DNA of 64,000 bases from an uncultured Ruminococcus sp. (GTDB taxonomy: Bacteria; Bacillota; Clostridia; Oscillospirales; CAG-272). The translations under genes were made by a program, and so were the position numbers. Under the pieces are notes generated by a model that saw only the letters and a list, made by a program, of their open reading frames with translations, made no database searches and had not been told where the DNA came from. Shown here piece after piece: positions 38,285 through 46,241 of this stretch. The DNA lies in the NCBI GenBank assembly GCA_905202255.1, contig CAJKRH010000003.1:2466-66465 (forward strand), read 5' to 3'. Position 1 is the stretch's first letter; every line of letters starts with the position of its first letter.

Positions 38285-38420
38285 CAAAAAAATAAAAAAT
38301 ACCCGGTCATTACTAAGTAATAACCGAGCGCACTCGACACCTAATCCGGTATGCGGCCTGCAAGGCTTGCGCCTTACGATCCCCGAGCGTTACGACGCTC
38401 TACCTCCGGTGACATGATAT
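38285..38420 (-). promoter_or_regulatory. structured leader with intrinsic terminator upstream of the GNAT gene (candidate riboswitch/attenuator)
   Basis: Minus-strand hairpins are GAGCG-TCGTAA-CGCTC, AAGGC-GCAA-GCCTT and CGAG-TGCG-CTCG, with a possible closing CACC/GGTG pair. Then comes terminator GGTTATTAC-TTA-GTAATGACC (38305-38325) plus TATTTTTTATTTTTT, directly before the RBS. Confidence 0.45.
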
Positions 38421-38461
38421 GAATCAGCCGAACCCGGAAAACCGGAATCCGGCTGATTATT

Positions 38462-38482
38462 TGGCGGAGAGGAAGGGATTCG
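38462..38482 (-). repeat. 21-nt copy of the tRNA-Ser 3' end (att-like remnant, break in the T-loop)
   Basis: TGGCGGAGAGGAAGGGATTCG is identical to 58349-58369 and 40217-40237. It is preceded (downstream on the minus strand) by its own hairpin AATCAGCCG...CGGCTGATT. Confidence 0.75.
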
Positions 38483-38700
38483 CTCTCGCCTACGGGCTCC
38501 GGCGCAGCGAGGCTCTAGGCCTGAGATGGGACGCCATCGACTTTGAGCGCAATACCATCACCATCAGACACATCGTAACAAATGCCAAGATAGACGGCAA
38601 GTATGAGATCGTCCGCGAGGATCGCGCCAAGACGAAATCCAGTCTGCGCTCTCTTCCTCTGGTCGACAATATCCGGGAGAAGCTGCTGGCCTTGAAGAAA
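38483..38700 (+). pseudogene. internal fragment of a tyrosine recombinase gene
   Basis: Translation ..GLRRSEALGLRWDAIDFERNTITIRH...SLRSLPL.. parallels residues ~215-285 of the intact integrase at 44311. There is no N-terminal domain and no HxxR/Y catalytic C-terminus. Confidence 0.7.
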
Positions 38701-38939
38701 TTGATGATATGGATGTGCGCTATTTCACTCCGACAGAATTCGAGATGCAGCTCTACCAGCGTGTTTACGACAATCTGACCACAGAGATGGTGAAGCGTTA
38801 TCAGGAGCAGTCGGAATCAATCAAGGCTTATAATCGCAGAAAGATCGAGAACTGGGAGCGCATCCAGATGGAACAACTGATAGCGACATATATTCACATC
38901 CAGTGCAATGCAATCCGCATCTTGAATCAATCATATGTA

Positions 38940-39398
38940 TTACCTCCGTTTCTTGTACACGATGATTTCGGCATCGGAACCGTTATCCCCATACTCACAG
39001 ACCAAAAGATAGTTCTCATCAGCTGTGAGGCCATAACATCTGTTGCTGTTTTTCTTACAAATCTGATTACCAAGATAAATTCTGTCATCGTCCCAGAATT
39101 TAATTTTCTGTCCACCGGGAAGTGAATATTGCAGGTTTATATAAGCACCATGCAGTGCATTGAGACCTGTAACTTCATCCATATCCTCGATTCCGAGCGC
39201 ATTGAACTCTGCTATCAGCTGCTTTTTTAATTTGCAAGGAGCCTCAAAAGATCTGCCGCAATTTTCACACCCCTTATCTTTACAACATACGGCAATCATG
39301 CAAGAACCACCAAACGGATGCCCATTCGTTTCTGTACATCCTCCGCATTCATTTCTCAATCCGCATTCGCTGCAGTCTAATCCGCATAACGTTTTCAT
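38940..39398 (-). CDS. DUF3795-like cysteine-rich protein
   Basis: Start set at MKTLCGLDCSECGLRNECGGC; the CGLDCxxC...C.GC pattern is typical of DUF3795. Confidence 0.65.
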   Translation of the reverse strand: MKTLCGLDCSECGLRNECGGCTETNGHPFGGSCMIAVCCKDKGCENCGRSFEAPCKLKKQLIAEFNALGIEDMDEVTGLNALHGAYINLQYSLPGGQKIKFWDDDRIYLGNQICKKNSNRCYGLTADENYLLVCEYGDNGSDAEIIVYKKRR

Positions 39399-39414
39399 TA
39401 TACTACCTCCATTT

Positions 39415-39618
39415 TTATAAAAACAGCAACTCATTGCCTTCAGGATCGCGCAGTATAAGCTCTCTACCGCCCCAAGCCGCTGTAAATGGCGGATTGCACT
39501 CTATTCCTGCAGCAACAATGTTTTCGTACACCTCATCCATCTTTCCGTTTGTAGAAAAGACAAAGTGGTTACAGACAACACTATTATCCTCATCGCCCTG
39601 ACGCCAAATCCAGATCAT
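39415..39618 (-). pseudogene. C-terminal fragment of a glyoxalase/bleomycin-resistance (VOC) family gene
   Basis: ..FSTNGKMDEVYENIVAAGIECNPPFTAAWGGRELILRDPEGNELLFL is a VOC C-terminal half. The upstream reading frame is interrupted by an in-frame TGA and the candidate N-terminus lies in another frame. Confidence 0.5.
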
Positions 39619-40180
39619 CGGCTCATCGGATCCATCCTGCAGAGCCAGCGTAAGCTCAGTCTGACATTGAGGTCAGCGCGACTTCTGAGCAACTCCTGTA
39701 TTTCGCTATATTGTACTGCCATTGCAGTTCCTCCTTTTGGGGAACAATTCTTTCAATTATTATATCAGAATATTCCCCAACAGTCAACAAGTATTGGGGA
39801 ACAATTCCGAGAAATATTATTTAATATTTCTTCCCAATCTTGCAAATACACATTGAAAGATGCGATTACATTATGGCAAGAAATAAAGAGGGCGCAAAGT
39901 ACATTTTCTTTCTGCCGATTTGAACCCCGAGCACTAAAACCCACACATGACTTTTGGTGCGGTTGCCCGCAACCGGGTGTTTTGAAAATCGGCAAATTTC
40001 CGTTCGAAAAAAATTATTCTAATGCACCAAAAAGTAGGCAAGCCTTAAAAAGCCTTATTTCATGCGGTATTCGGAGATTTTTTATTCTAATATTCACGAA
40101 CGAAAAAGAGCATAAAATCGGCTCGAAAAAGCGACAGAAATGCAAAAAATCAGGGTCGGAGAATTTTCACCAAATAGAAA

Positions 40181-40213
40181 GAACCCTTGAAAACACTGGG
40201 TTTTCAAGGGTTC
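40181..40213 (-). terminator. terminator hairpin following the orphan tRNA-Ser 3' portion (probable original tRNA terminator)
   Basis: Perfect 14-bp stem GAACCCTTGAAAAC-ACTGG-GTTTTCAAGGGTTC, with TTTCTATTT after it on the minus strand. Confidence 0.6.
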
Positions 40214-40273
40214 CGTTGGCGGAGAGGAAGGGATTCGAACCCTTGTGCGCTTTCGCGCAAACTGATTTCGAGT
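40214..40273 (-). pseudogene. orphan 3' portion of tRNA-Ser(CGA), from the 3' end to the anticodon loop; left att-like junction
   Basis: 60 nt identical to 58346-58405. Identity ends after TGATTTCGAGT. The next ~25 nt (GTCATCACTTCCCGATACCTTGCGG) resemble only a degenerate tRNA 5' part (CACTTC..GATACCT). Confidence 0.85.
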
Positions 40274-40598
40274 GTCATCACTTCCCGATACCTTGCGGTA
40301 TTTTATGAGAAGATAAGAGAACCTGAAATCCCCCGCCATAGACGAATTGACCGGGCATTTTGATTGCTTTTGCGAAAAATTACGAAAAAAGCTGATGTCG
40401 CGGTGTTTTTCGTCATCGACCAACTTCTAACAAAAATCTAACGGCTTTTTTAGAAATTTCATTAGAAGTCCGCGAAAAAAGCCTTTTTGAATTGCGATTT
40501 GGCAGTCCGCCGACTGTGTCTGCACGGAGTGATACAAAAGCAAAAATCATCTGTATCTCTGTGCATACAGTCCGAAGCTCGGACTGCTTTTTTGCGAA

Positions 40599-41798
40599 TT
40601 ACAGCTGCTCCGAAAGCAGAAAATCCGCCAGATGAACGATCCGGATACCGTTCTCAATTCCCGTGTCCATTTCGTTCAGCGTCACCACATATTTCGGATA
40701 ATGATCCTTGATCTCCATCAGATTCCCGACCTCGCGGTCGGAATTTTCCGGCAGCTGCACGCAGACCTGCACATACACCCGCTCGTCGCGGCGGTTGGCA
40801 ACAAAGTCGATCTCTTTCGTGTTGTTCTTCCCGATGAACACCTCATATCCACGCCGTTTCAGCTCCAGATAAACAATGTTCTCCAACACCCCGTCCAGCA
40901 TTTTTCTGTTGTATCCGAGCAGAGCGTATTTGAGGGACACATCCGAAAGGTAATATTTTTCCTGCGTTTTCAGAATGCTTTTCCCCTGCAGATCATACCG
41001 TTCGCACGGATAGATGATAAACGCCTGCTCCAGCCAGCGCAGATAGTTATAAATGCTCTCCACTGAAATCGTGCGATGCTCGCTTTTCAGAAAGGTCGAG
41101 ATGGAGTTTGCGGAAAAGGTCTTGCCCATGTTTTCCACGACAAATTTCACCACGCGGTCGAACAAGTCCTGCCGGTTGATACGATGGCGTTTGACAATAT
41201 CGCGCGACACCACCGTATGATAAATGCCGTCCACAATCTGATAGGCAGACTGTGCATCGTAGTTGCCGAGAGCAACAATCGGGAATCCGCCGAAGCGGAT
41301 ATATTCGTCCAATAACTCATTCCGTGACAGCTTACTGTCTGTCTTAAAATCAAGATATTCGCAGAATGACAAGGTATAGACCGGAATCAGAATATACCGC
41401 CCGGTCAGATAGGTGGAGATTTCGCTTGACATCAGCTTGGAATTGGAACCGGTCACATAAATATCGGCGCGCCCGCCCTCCAATAGACTATTGACCGCCT
41501 TCTCCCAGCCGGGAACCTCCTGAATCTCGTCAAGCAGCAGGTAATAACGCCCCTCGCCGGTCATTGCAAAAGTCAACTCGTCGTACATCTGCTTTGCCGT
41601 GATATTTTCGGGGACATCCATTTCGGTGTATTTTTTCAAAATGATGCGGTCGTCACCGACACCGCGCTGTTTAAGCTCTTCTCGGATCATCTCAAAAATC
41701 GTGGATTTCCCGCTGCGGCGCACTCCCGCAAGGATTTTCACAAGTGGCTGATCGATAAAAGGTCTTACCGCTTCCACATAATCGGGTCTGAATATCAT
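40599..41798 (-). CDS. AAA-family ATPase with DUF4143-like C-terminal domain
   Basis: The N-terminus ..KILAGVRRSGKSTIFEMI.. contains a Walker A. The 399-aa architecture is typical of ATP-binding proteins of the AAA_14/DUF4143 type. Confidence 0.8.
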   Translation of the reverse strand: MIFRPDYVEAVRPFIDQPLVKILAGVRRSGKSTIFEMIREELKQRGVGDDRIILKKYTEMDVPENITAKQMYDELTFAMTGEGRYYLLLDEIQEVPGWEKAVNSLLEGGRADIYVTGSNSKLMSSEISTYLTGRYILIPVYTLSFCEYLDFKTDSKLSRNELLDEYIRFGGFPIVALGNYDAQSAYQIVDGIYHTVVSRDIVKRHRINRQDLFDRVVKFVVENMGKTFSANSISTFLKSEHRTISVESIYNYLRWLEQAFIIYPCERYDLQGKSILKTQEKYYLSDVSLKYALLGYNRKMLDGVLENIVYLELKRRGYEVFIGKNNTKEIDFVANRRDERVYVQVCVQLPENSDREVGNLMEIKDHYPKYVVTLNEMDTGIENGIRIVHLADFLLSEQL

Positions 41799-41958
41799 AA
41801 AATCGCCCCCTTTCTTTTATAGTATACCATAAAAAATGAAAATAATCAAGTAGTTTTTCGGTTTTGACCTTAAAAACATATAGACATAAAGCACTTTATA
41901 AAATTCCCGATTTTTTTGCGGTTTGCCGCATTTATTTCTTGCAGGAGGTGTTTTGACC

Positions 41959-42051
41959 ATGAAAATCATGCGCTCGCAGTACTTGATTCAGCTTATCAAA
42001 AAGATGCACAACGGTCGTGTAAAAATCATCACGGGAATCCGCAGGCGTTGA
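41959..42051 (+). pseudogene. 30-codon N-terminal stub of a second AAA/DUF4143-type ATPase gene
   Basis: MKIMRSQYLIQLIKKMHNGRVKIITGIRRR-stop. It ends exactly where the Walker A (GKS) should follow, and GGAGG lies upstream. Confidence 0.6.
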
Positions 42052-42998
42052 AACCTATTTTTCGTATTTTGAAGATGCTTTCTTGCTACAAAATCCCTAC
42101 GGTAAAGAAAGTGTTTATCCCATCACCACCTGAAACAAATTAAATAACTAACGATAACGCCACACAGCCCCTTGATTCAAAAAGGATCAAGGGGCTGTTG
42201 TTATCTCGCCACACGCCCCAAATTCGGGCGCGTGACGGCTTTCTGATTTGCGTGCGGGAAAACGCTCCTCCGAGCCATTCAAAGCAGACACAGGCGATTC
42301 CAGCGGGCGTGCGAGGGGGATGCGGCACATAGTATGATTTCAATGTGTTGCGCCTCAGACTTGAATCGATTATCGGCAGTTATACAATGGATTTCACGAG
42401 TATTTTCAAGGGTCGATTTTCAAGCGGGAGAAAGGCAGTGCGTCAAACGCCCTGCCGGATTCACAGCGGACGGCAGAGCCGACCGCATTTTCTCGCGTTT
42501 TGACCGCATTTGCTCGTTTTTTTGCGCATATCGGTTAGAAGAAGGCAGTGTGTCAAGCACGCGTATAATCGCGGAATCGGTGTGTCAACCATACGCATGA
42601 TTCCGCAAAACAGGCGGATTTTTCGCTTGGTTGCGGGCGTTTCCCGTGTGTCAGGTATACACACAAAAAAATCAATATCTCTGCAACCAAGGGGGTAGTG
42701 TTTGTATCAGGTGAACCATGGGTGGGTTCACCATGAACCCCCAATGTAAACTATACAAGAGAAAGAATATATAGAAAAACAGAAAAAGAACAACAAAGAG
42801 AACGCCCGTTTCTCCGTTGCGCCGCGAATCGTTTCCTGAGTGCGCCGACGGGAATCGGCCGATCCGGTTTTCTTTTTCTGCTTTTTCTTTGTCCGAAAAA
42901 AGATTTCGTGAAAGATATTTTTTGATTCGATTATCAAAGCTAAGAGAGTGCCGACCGTTTTTCTGCAAAAAAGTTTGATAATTTTTTCGTCCAAACGC

Positions 42999-43230
42999 GA
43001 AAAAAGTGTGGAATATAGGGTGAGAGGAACTTTCCCTGAAAAAAAGTTTCCGCCGACAGGTTGTAAAATCTGAAAAAAGTGTGGAATACAGGGTGAGGAA
43101 GTTTTTTCAAAAAACTTTTCGCTCAAACCACAAAAAAGTGTGGAATACAGGGTGAGAGGACTTTCCCTGAAAAAAAGTTCCCACTGAAGGGCTATCAAAC
43201 CCGAAAAAAGTGTGGAATACAGGGTGAGGG
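42999..43230 (+). repeat. four iteron-like direct repeats (~28 nt) spaced 60-73 bp apart
   Basis: GAAAAAAGTGTGGAATA[T/C]AGGGTGAG(A)GG occurs at 42999, 43072, 43131 and 43203. Units 1 and 3 also share the following ACTTTCCCTGAAAAAAAGTT. Confidence 0.85.
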
Positions 43231-43675
43231 GAAAAATAATCCTCCGGGTTCATTGACAACCGAATAAAGGGATACCGAGGTAGCATCCCGCCTTGCCCGA
43301 AAGGGCGAGCCGCCGGGACCGGGCGCCATGACCTCACCTATCGGGTGAGCGAGCGATCAACCGTGTTGCCGGACCGACCGATAAACAGCATCGGCGGCAG
43401 GCGATGACAGAGGTGCGGAACAATGATACTTCTGCGAAAGCAGCCCGCGATTTGCATGCGGGATACGGGGGTTACGGGCTGGAACTCTTATGTCCGCGAC
43501 ACTGTATATGATCCTCGTTTCCGTGAAAATAGTCACGGAATAGATGCTGCGAGGTACTCGGTATCTCCCCTGTGGGCAACGGTCTGCGCCGTCTGACGAC
43601 TGCGCTCTCCGTTGCCCCATCGCCGGGGCTGATATAAATACGGCGATACAAAAAATAAGTTGGGAGGACAAAAGT

Positions 43676-43984
43676 ATGATCTCCGAAAAAAACAGAACAC
43701 GAAACCTGACCATCACCCTGCGCGTTACATCGTCGGAGCGAGAACTTTTCCTCCGCGGCGCAGAGAAAAGAAACATGACGCTGACGGATTTTCTCGTCAG
43801 TGCCGCGCTCTATAAACCAAGTCACGCCATCAAAGAATGCAAAGCCATTCTCAAAAAACTGAATGAAGTGCAGGCAGAATTGCTCCGAGCCGAGTCCGAC
43901 CATCCCGATTATGCGGATGTGCTGGCGGCGCAAAAGGAGCTGTATCAGTTGCTTTTTCTGCTTGCAAGAAAGGAAACGATATGA
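43676..43984 (+). CDS. MobC-like ribbon-helix-helix protein (relaxosome accessory / RHH family)
   Basis: Start ATG 43676 after GGGAGGA. RNLTITLRVTSSERELFLRGAEKRNMTLTDFLVSAAL is the RHH pattern seen in MobC-type proteins. Confidence 0.6.
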   Translation: MISEKNRTRNLTITLRVTSSERELFLRGAEKRNMTLTDFLVSAALYKPSHAIKECKAILKKLNEVQAELLRAESDHPDYADVLAAQKELYQLLFLLARKETI

Positions 43985-44283
43985 ACATACAAACCGAAAT
44001 CAAGCCCTGCCTTGCGGATTATCCCGACGCTCTCACCGTGGTTGAAGTCATCGCTATCCTTCGCGTCAGTCGGAAAACGGTGTACGAGTTGATCAAAGAC
44101 GGGCGCATCAAAGCGGTCAAGGTCGGACGCAGTCACCGCATCGCAAAGGAGAATCTCATCGAATTTCTGAACCCCGCCGCGGCACATTCGAACCCCGGTT
44201 GTGTTCTTTCTGATAACAATCGGGAAAAGGTCTGGACTTGCGAACAACAGTGTGGTATGTTGTGTGTTGCGCGGACAGCGTAA
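43981..44283 (+). CDS. excisionase-family HTH protein (Xis-like)
   Basis: ATGA overlap with the upstream gene. LTVVEVIAILRVSRKTVYELIKDGRIKAVKVGRSHRIAKENLIEFL matches the HTH_17/excisionase pattern. Confidence 0.7.
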   Translation: MNIQTEIKPCLADYPDALTVVEVIAILRVSRKTVYELIKDGRIKAVKVGRSHRIAKENLIEFLNPAAAHSNPGCVLSDNNREKVWTCEQQCGMLCVARTA

Positions 44284-44310
44284 AACCAAAAGCACAAGGA
44301 GAAAAGCATC

Positions 44311-45513
44311 ATGCCACAAGCAAAAAATCATCTGACCGCCAGCACGCAAGCCAAGAACGGAAGCCTCTATGCGGTCATCCAGTACAAGGACGAGAACGGA
44401 AAGCGGAAAAACAAATGGAAGTCCCTCGGGCTGAAAGAAGGAGCTTCCAAAGCCAAAATCAACGCCGCCATGCGCGAGGCGGTCAATGACTTCGAGAAAG
44501 AGCTGACCGAAATTCTTACGCGCTCACAGAATCCAGATGCGGATATGCCGGTCTTCGAGTACATGGTCAAATGGCTCGGCAGCGTCCAGCCGAGCCTGCA
44601 AATCAACACCTATCGCAGTTACCACAACATGATCTACGGCAGAATCAAACGCTACTTCGGTCCGAAACCCATCACCATCGCAAGCCTGCGCCCGAACCAG
44701 ATCGACGAGTTCTATCAGTCCATCTTCGATGAAGGCATGGTCGCCAACACGGTCATTCACTATCACGCAGTCATGCGCCGCGCGTTCCAGCAGGCGTACA
44801 AGAAAGAAATCCTCTCTGCCAATCCCTTTGACCGCGTGGAACGCCCAAAGAAAAACAAATTCTTCGGTCAGAATCTCTCGGAAGAAGAACTGCTGACACT
44901 GCTCAGTCTCGCAAGATCGGAAGCCATCTACCCGGCAATCATCCTTGCAGGGTGCATGGGACTGCGACGGAGTGAAGCACTCGGCATGCGGTGGTCACGC
45001 ATTGACATGGAGAAGCGCGAGGTTCTGCTCGACACCAAGGTTGTAGAAGTCGAGATTGACGGCGAGAAAATTCTCAAACCGATTGAGGAAATGAAGAACT
45101 CCAGCAGTCGCAGAAGCCTGCCGATCCCCGCGCCGGTCTATGAAATGCTGGTCGAACAAAAGGCACAACAGGACCTCTACCGCCGTATGTTCAAGGGCAG
45201 TTACAACCGCGCATACGACGATTATGTGTGCACGGACAAGCTGGGCAACCTTCTGACACCGCGATATGTCACGCTCCGCTTCTCGCAGGTGCTTGAGAAG
45301 AACGGCATGCGGCACATCCGCTTCCACGACCTGCGACACACCTTCGCCAGCATTCTCATCAACAAGGACATCCCGCTGTTCAATGTATCGAAATACCTTG
45401 GTCACTCGGACATCAGTACAACGGCAAATATCTATGCGCACCTGGACAAGAGCGGAAAAGACATCAGTGCGGAAACCATCAGCGCGCTGTTTGATGATCG
45501 GCATCACGACTAA
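44311..45513 (+). CDS. tyrosine-type site-specific recombinase/integrase
   Basis: N-terminal arm-binding-like SLYAVIQYKDENGKRKNKWKSLGL. Catalytic residues in GLRRSEALGMRW, HDLRHTFAS and LGHSDISTTANIYAHL. Confidence 0.92.
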   Translation: MPQAKNHLTASTQAKNGSLYAVIQYKDENGKRKNKWKSLGLKEGASKAKINAAMREAVNDFEKELTEILTRSQNPDADMPVFEYMVKWLGSVQPSLQINTYRSYHNMIYGRIKRYFGPKPITIASLRPNQIDEFYQSIFDEGMVANTVIHYHAVMRRAFQQAYKKEILSANPFDRVERPKKNKFFGQNLSEEELLTLLSLARSEAIYPAIILAGCMGLRRSEALGMRWSRIDMEKREVLLDTKVVEVEIDGEKILKPIEEMKNSSSRRSLPIPAPVYEMLVEQKAQQDLYRRMFKGSYNRAYDDYVCTDKLGNLLTPRYVTLRFSQVLEKNGMRHIRFHDLRHTFASILINKDIPLFNVSKYLGHSDISTTANIYAHLDKSGKDISAETISALFDDRHHD

Positions 45514-45546
45514 TCGTGGTGCCGATTTCTGATAGGGGGTGAGTGC

Positions 45547-46083
45547 ATGGAACAGATCATCAGCGCGGATGCGGCAAGAGCGTACCTGCATATATCCAAA
45601 CGAAAATTCCTGTTTATGCTGCAAAACGGCTATATCCGATACGAGGACAACGGCAACAAAACGCATCGGTACTCATTGCGGATGTGCGATGTGGAAGCCC
45701 TGCGGAAGGAAATGACCGATCATCCCGAACGCTTTGCCGACCTGAATGGGCGGTTTACGGCGCAAAGAAACAAGCCGCCGACACCGACCATTGTACTGTC
45801 GCAGGAGGAAGCGAGAAAGTTACGCGAATACATAGCAAAATGTTGGAGCAAATATCCCGATGCCTTGCCAAGCAAGCTGGCGGCAGAGCTGACCGGCTTG
45901 ACGGTGGGAACGCTCAATCGCTACGTGGCAAGAGGCAACATCTTCGGTGCGGTGGTCGGCGGAAAAGTGCTGATCAGCAAGCAAAGCCTGATCGGACATA
46001 TCGCCTCTCCGGAGACGGCGCGCAAAGTCGGGACAGAGCAACTGCGAAATTTGCTTGCAGGGTATAAAAAAGAGAAAAAATAA
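45547..46083 (+). CDS. double-HTH (excisionase-family-like) DNA-binding protein, full-length copy
   Basis: 178 aa. Two HTH_17-like segments: ..AARAYLHISKRKFLFMLQNGYIRY.. and ..AAELTGLTVGTLNRYVARGNIFGAVVGGKVLISKQSL.. Confidence 0.75.
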   Translation: MEQIISADAARAYLHISKRKFLFMLQNGYIRYEDNGNKTHRYSLRMCDVEALRKEMTDHPERFADLNGRFTAQRNKPPTPTIVLSQEEARKLREYIAKCWSKYPDALPSKLAAELTGLTVGTLNRYVARGNIFGAVVGGKVLISKQSLIGHIASPETARKVGTEQLRNLLAGYKKEKK

Positions 46084-46134
46084 AGAGCAAAGGAATGGTC
46101 TTGAGATGTTCTCAAGGTTGTTCCTTTGCTCTTT
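45583..46134 (+). repeat. ~555-bp direct repeat, copy B (HTH gene plus compound terminator hairpin)
   Basis: Pairs with 37095-37649. It ends with hairpin AGCAAAGGAA...TTCCTTTGCT, which encloses CTTGAG..CTCAAG. Confidence 0.85.
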
Positions 46135-46241
46135 GCCAGCAACTTGACAAAAACAAACCACTTACTAAACCTTGTGTCTTCAATTTCGAACATGAATTTC
46201 GCATTTGCAAAGTCAAATTTCGACATTATGCTTTCCACCAC

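Larger units (their letters stand above)
37095..40213. mobile_element. decayed remnants of earlier integrative element(s)
   Basis: Contains a 5'-truncated copy of the element HTH gene, a GNAT cargo gene, a 21-nt tRNA-Ser 3' fragment fused to a mid-gene integrase fragment, further gene fragments, and the apparent original tRNA terminator at 40181-40213. Confidence 0.45.

Noticed and set aside
38709-39125. 138-aa plus-strand ORF treated as an intact gene.
   Set aside because: Its 3' half is antisense to the better-supported DUF3795-like gene. Only the first ~60 codons look coding (..FTPTEFEMQLYQRVYDNLTTEMVKRYQEQ..), so it is best seen as a remnant of unknown origin.
39415-39735. Intact glyoxalase/VOC gene.
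   Set aside because: Only the C-terminal ~65 aa are in frame. Extending upstream hits a TGA, and the plausible start (MAVQYSEIQELL) is in a different frame. I therefore report it as a pseudogene fragment.
42728-43198. 156-aa minus-strand ORF across the iteron region, and ORFs 43357..43776 and 43472..43933 across the GC-rich region.
   Set aside because: The translations simply mirror the DNA repeats (PLTLYSTLF recurs) or are R/S/P-rich low-complexity sequence. There is no RBS and nothing resembling a known domain.
42999-43230. Possible small CRISPR array: 28-nt repeats with 30-45-nt intervening segments.
   Set aside because: There are only four copies. The 'spacers' share sequence with each other (units 1 and 3), the repeat is A-rich and non-palindromic, and no cas genes occur anywhere in the window. 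Iterons or binding sites are the better reading.
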